Source: Obrimoposthia wandeli (lineage: Eukaryota). From it: DNA of 64,000 nucleotides. Below the pieces are notes generated by a model. That model was not told where the DNA came from and did no database searches. It worked only from the letters and a program-made list of their open reading frames with translations. A program made the translations under genes and the position numbers. This document shows, piece after piece, positions 61,451-64,000 of the stretch; within the stretch, counting starts at the first letter, position 1; every line of letters begins with the position of its first letter. Location: NCBI GenBank assembly GCA_977020255.1, contig CDROCS010001542.1, forward strand, positions 124,001 to 188,000. The letters run 5' to 3'.

Positions 61451-64000
61451 ATTGATATCGTAAACGAATACATAATTGATAAGACAACGAATACTAAAAA
61501 GGGACACGTGTTTAATACTAGAAAACGAAGCCAGATTCCACAGGGAAGAGATAAATAATAATAGTTTTTGCCGAGTCGAACAGGTTCTCCGAACAGATAA
61601 AGAAGTAATAGAAGAGACTAGAATCGAAGAAAACGTATTAGAAAGAGACGTTAATCAATCAGCAGTTTCAACCGACAGTTTTGATTTGACTGATTTGTTT
61701 GGTGAAGTAAACCAAGAAGAAATTGAAGTTATTGAAGTTCCAAACCCAGAAGAGATTGAAATTGCCAATCCAGTAGAGGTTGAGGAAGTTCATTTGGGTA
61801 ATATTGAAGAAATAGCTGAGAATATAGTTGAAAATATGGCTCAAGCAGGAGCTCAACCAGGAAATAATGTAGGTGGAATGAATGCAGAACAGTTGGCACA
61901 AGCCTTGAATGCGATGTTGAGACCCAACTTTTTGGGATCATTGCAGATTACAAAGTTTAAAGGAGATGAGGAAAGTATTTGTGACTTCCTCGCAGAATAT
62001 TCGAGTTGCACAGATGTTCAAGGATGGAACGATAGAGAAAAATGTGTCTGCAAAACATTTGACCGGATTGGCACTTGAAGTGTATAAACATTTGACAGAA
62101 GCAGAACGTTTAAATTGGGAAACGTTGGAAAGTGCTTTTATTAGAAAATTGGTATTGGGAGACTTAGCAAAAGCGAATAAGAGAATCATGAGAGAACGGA
62201 AACAGAAACATGACGAAAGCGTGAATGAATACGCGTATGTTTTGATAACCTTGGCCGCACGAGCGCACTCAAGAAGAATAGTGAGAAATTTGGCAGGTGA
62301 ACCTGTAGCTCCAGAAGCACAAACAGCGGAAGATGAACGGAACCAAAATGAAATGGCAGAAGTTTTGTTAGATATATTCAGAGGAGGACTGAAAAAAGAC
62401 ATTAAAGTGTTATTGGCAGTATCGGATACAAATGATTTTGATAACGCCGTGCGAAAGGCGAGAAAAATTGAGAAAAATATAAAAAATAACGCAGCATTGG
62501 CAATTTACGCAATGGCCGCAGGTGATGACGATAAGACAAAGGTATTTGTGAATAAGACAGAACCGAGTAATTTTCAGAATCGAAATTATGGACAAAATAA
62601 GTTCGAATAAGGAGATGAATAGAGATAATTTCCTCAGTAGAAATAGAGATGATTCGAGAGGTAGAAATAATAGCGAGCCTTGGAACAGGAATGGAGACGA
62701 TTCAAGAGGTAGAAGTAGTAATGATTCGTGGAACCGAAATAGAGATGATTCCAGAAATAGATTTAGTAGAGATAATTCAGGAAATCGCCAACCGTGGAGA
62801 GGAGACGATAGGAATTATAACGCAAACAGAGGAGAGCGAAATGACTCTCGATTTAGAAATAATACAGGAAGTAGTGACGGAAGATTCAATAATCGAGGAA
62901 GTGGTTTTGAATCAAATTTCCGAAGAAATGATTTTAGAGGACGCTATGACAATAGACAGAATAGTCGTCGAGTACAATTCGAAGATGAACAAAATAAGAT
63001 AGATATTCGAGGGAGACTAATGTGTTATACGTGTAAACAAATGGGTCACTACTCGAGAGATTGTACGAGAAGTAAAGAATTCGGAACTAACAGATTTGGA
63101 AATAATAACTTCGGAAATAATAATTTTGTAAATAATTATAAAGGATATAATTCACCCCCGCCGTGGAATAGAGGTGGTGGGTATACTCCACCGCAATGGA
63201 GACCGAATAATCAGTATACAGATAGACAACTGTCACCAGGCAGATACAATAATTATGCAGACAGACAGCAAGGAGCTGAGAGATACAATAATTACGTAGG
63301 ACAGCAAAGAGCTGAGAGATATAATAATTACGTAAGACAGCAAGGAGCTGAGAGATATAATAATTCCGGAAGATATAATAACAATAATGTTGACAAGACA
63401 AACAGTCATGAGGGTTCACCAAAACCGAAGTGAAATTTTAGTTACGTAAATGATGACAGCGATAGGAATCGCGAGACCGAACTTCGACGCGAAATAGATT
63501 TTGAAGATAGTGATAGTAAATTTGAACGAATGTTGGGAATAATTAAAGATTCACCGCTTACAAAGATGGCGAATTCATATACGATGTCGAAACAAGGAAA
63601 AAATCTGCACTCGAGAAAAGAGATGAATGGTCTAATGAACCGCATACTAGAAGCGCATGAGACACCAATCGAGAAAACGTGTAACGCACAACCTATGACT
63701 GATCACATAGAAGCAGCAAAAAATGCTAAGAGTATGGAAAATGTGAAAAAGATAATTAGTGAAGCTAAATAGACATTGAATCAACCGCTAGACGAAGCGA
63801 GTGAAGCTCCAGAAGTTTTGGCCAAACTACAAACAATTAAAGTGAACAGATTGGAAGAAGTGCGAGCAGAATTGGTTAAACATGGTCATGATAACTTGAC
63901 TTATAAAGACGTATCACGAGGATTATTGAAAGGATATCGTTACGTACAGAGATCAAATCAAAAAGGAACGATGAAAATTTCACTTCGATTAATTTCCGGA
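61451..64000 (+). pseudogene. gag: gag of element 2, multiple lesions
   Basis: First ATG at 61836; 5-nt deletion near 62050, TAA at 62608, TGA at 63431, TAG near 63770; CYTCKQMGHYSRDC knuckle; reaches the start of the Ubl domain (GTMKISLRLI) at the window end. Confidence 0.9.

Larger units (their letters stand above)
59260..64000 (+). mobile_element. Second giant-family element (5' part; runs off window), decayed
   Basis: LTR, PBS, leader array and gag are collinear with element 1. Confidence 0.92.

Overview
AT-rich eukaryotic (animal) genomic DNA dominated by transposable elements. A flatworm/planarian host is plausible but is only an inference from composition, ~40-nt introns and resemblance to giant planarian Gypsy elements. 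The main feature is a full-length but inactivated giant Ty3/Gypsy LTR element on the minus strand (4456-30110, 4-bp TSD GCTT, ~2-kb LTRs, PBS matching elongator tRNA-Met). When its 12 in-frame stops and ~5 frameshifts are bridged, the interior reads as ONE ~5,500-codon polyprotein (24822->8283). Its order is: acidic leader, Gag with CCHC knuckle, SUMO/ubiquitin-like domain, AT-hook, Bcl-2-like fold, signal peptide plus chuvirus-like fusion glycoprotein, aspartic protease 1, BIR-BIR-RING (IAP), aspartic protease 2, RT, RNase H, integrase, three Ig/TIG-like repeats, dual-specificity phosphatase plus pseudophosphatase, then a string of signal-peptide/TM membrane proteins. Three small RING-H2 genes follow, each directly behind a splice acceptor. 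This looks like an enveloped retroelement carrying a large-DNA-virus-style toolkit against apoptosis and signalling. It landed inside an older integrase gene, and a related solo LTR landed inside its 5' LTR. A second, decayed relative starts at 59260 (+) and runs off the window. Between them lie an ARMC10-like host gene with a 16.4-kb TE-filled intron, further solo LTRs, a DD35E Tc1-like element with 215-bp TIRs, mariner/pogo/hAT/Gypsy debris, and a Polinton-type PolB relic preceded by a ubiquitin-like domain ending RLRGG. All domain calls are by-eye motif recognition; no database search was run.
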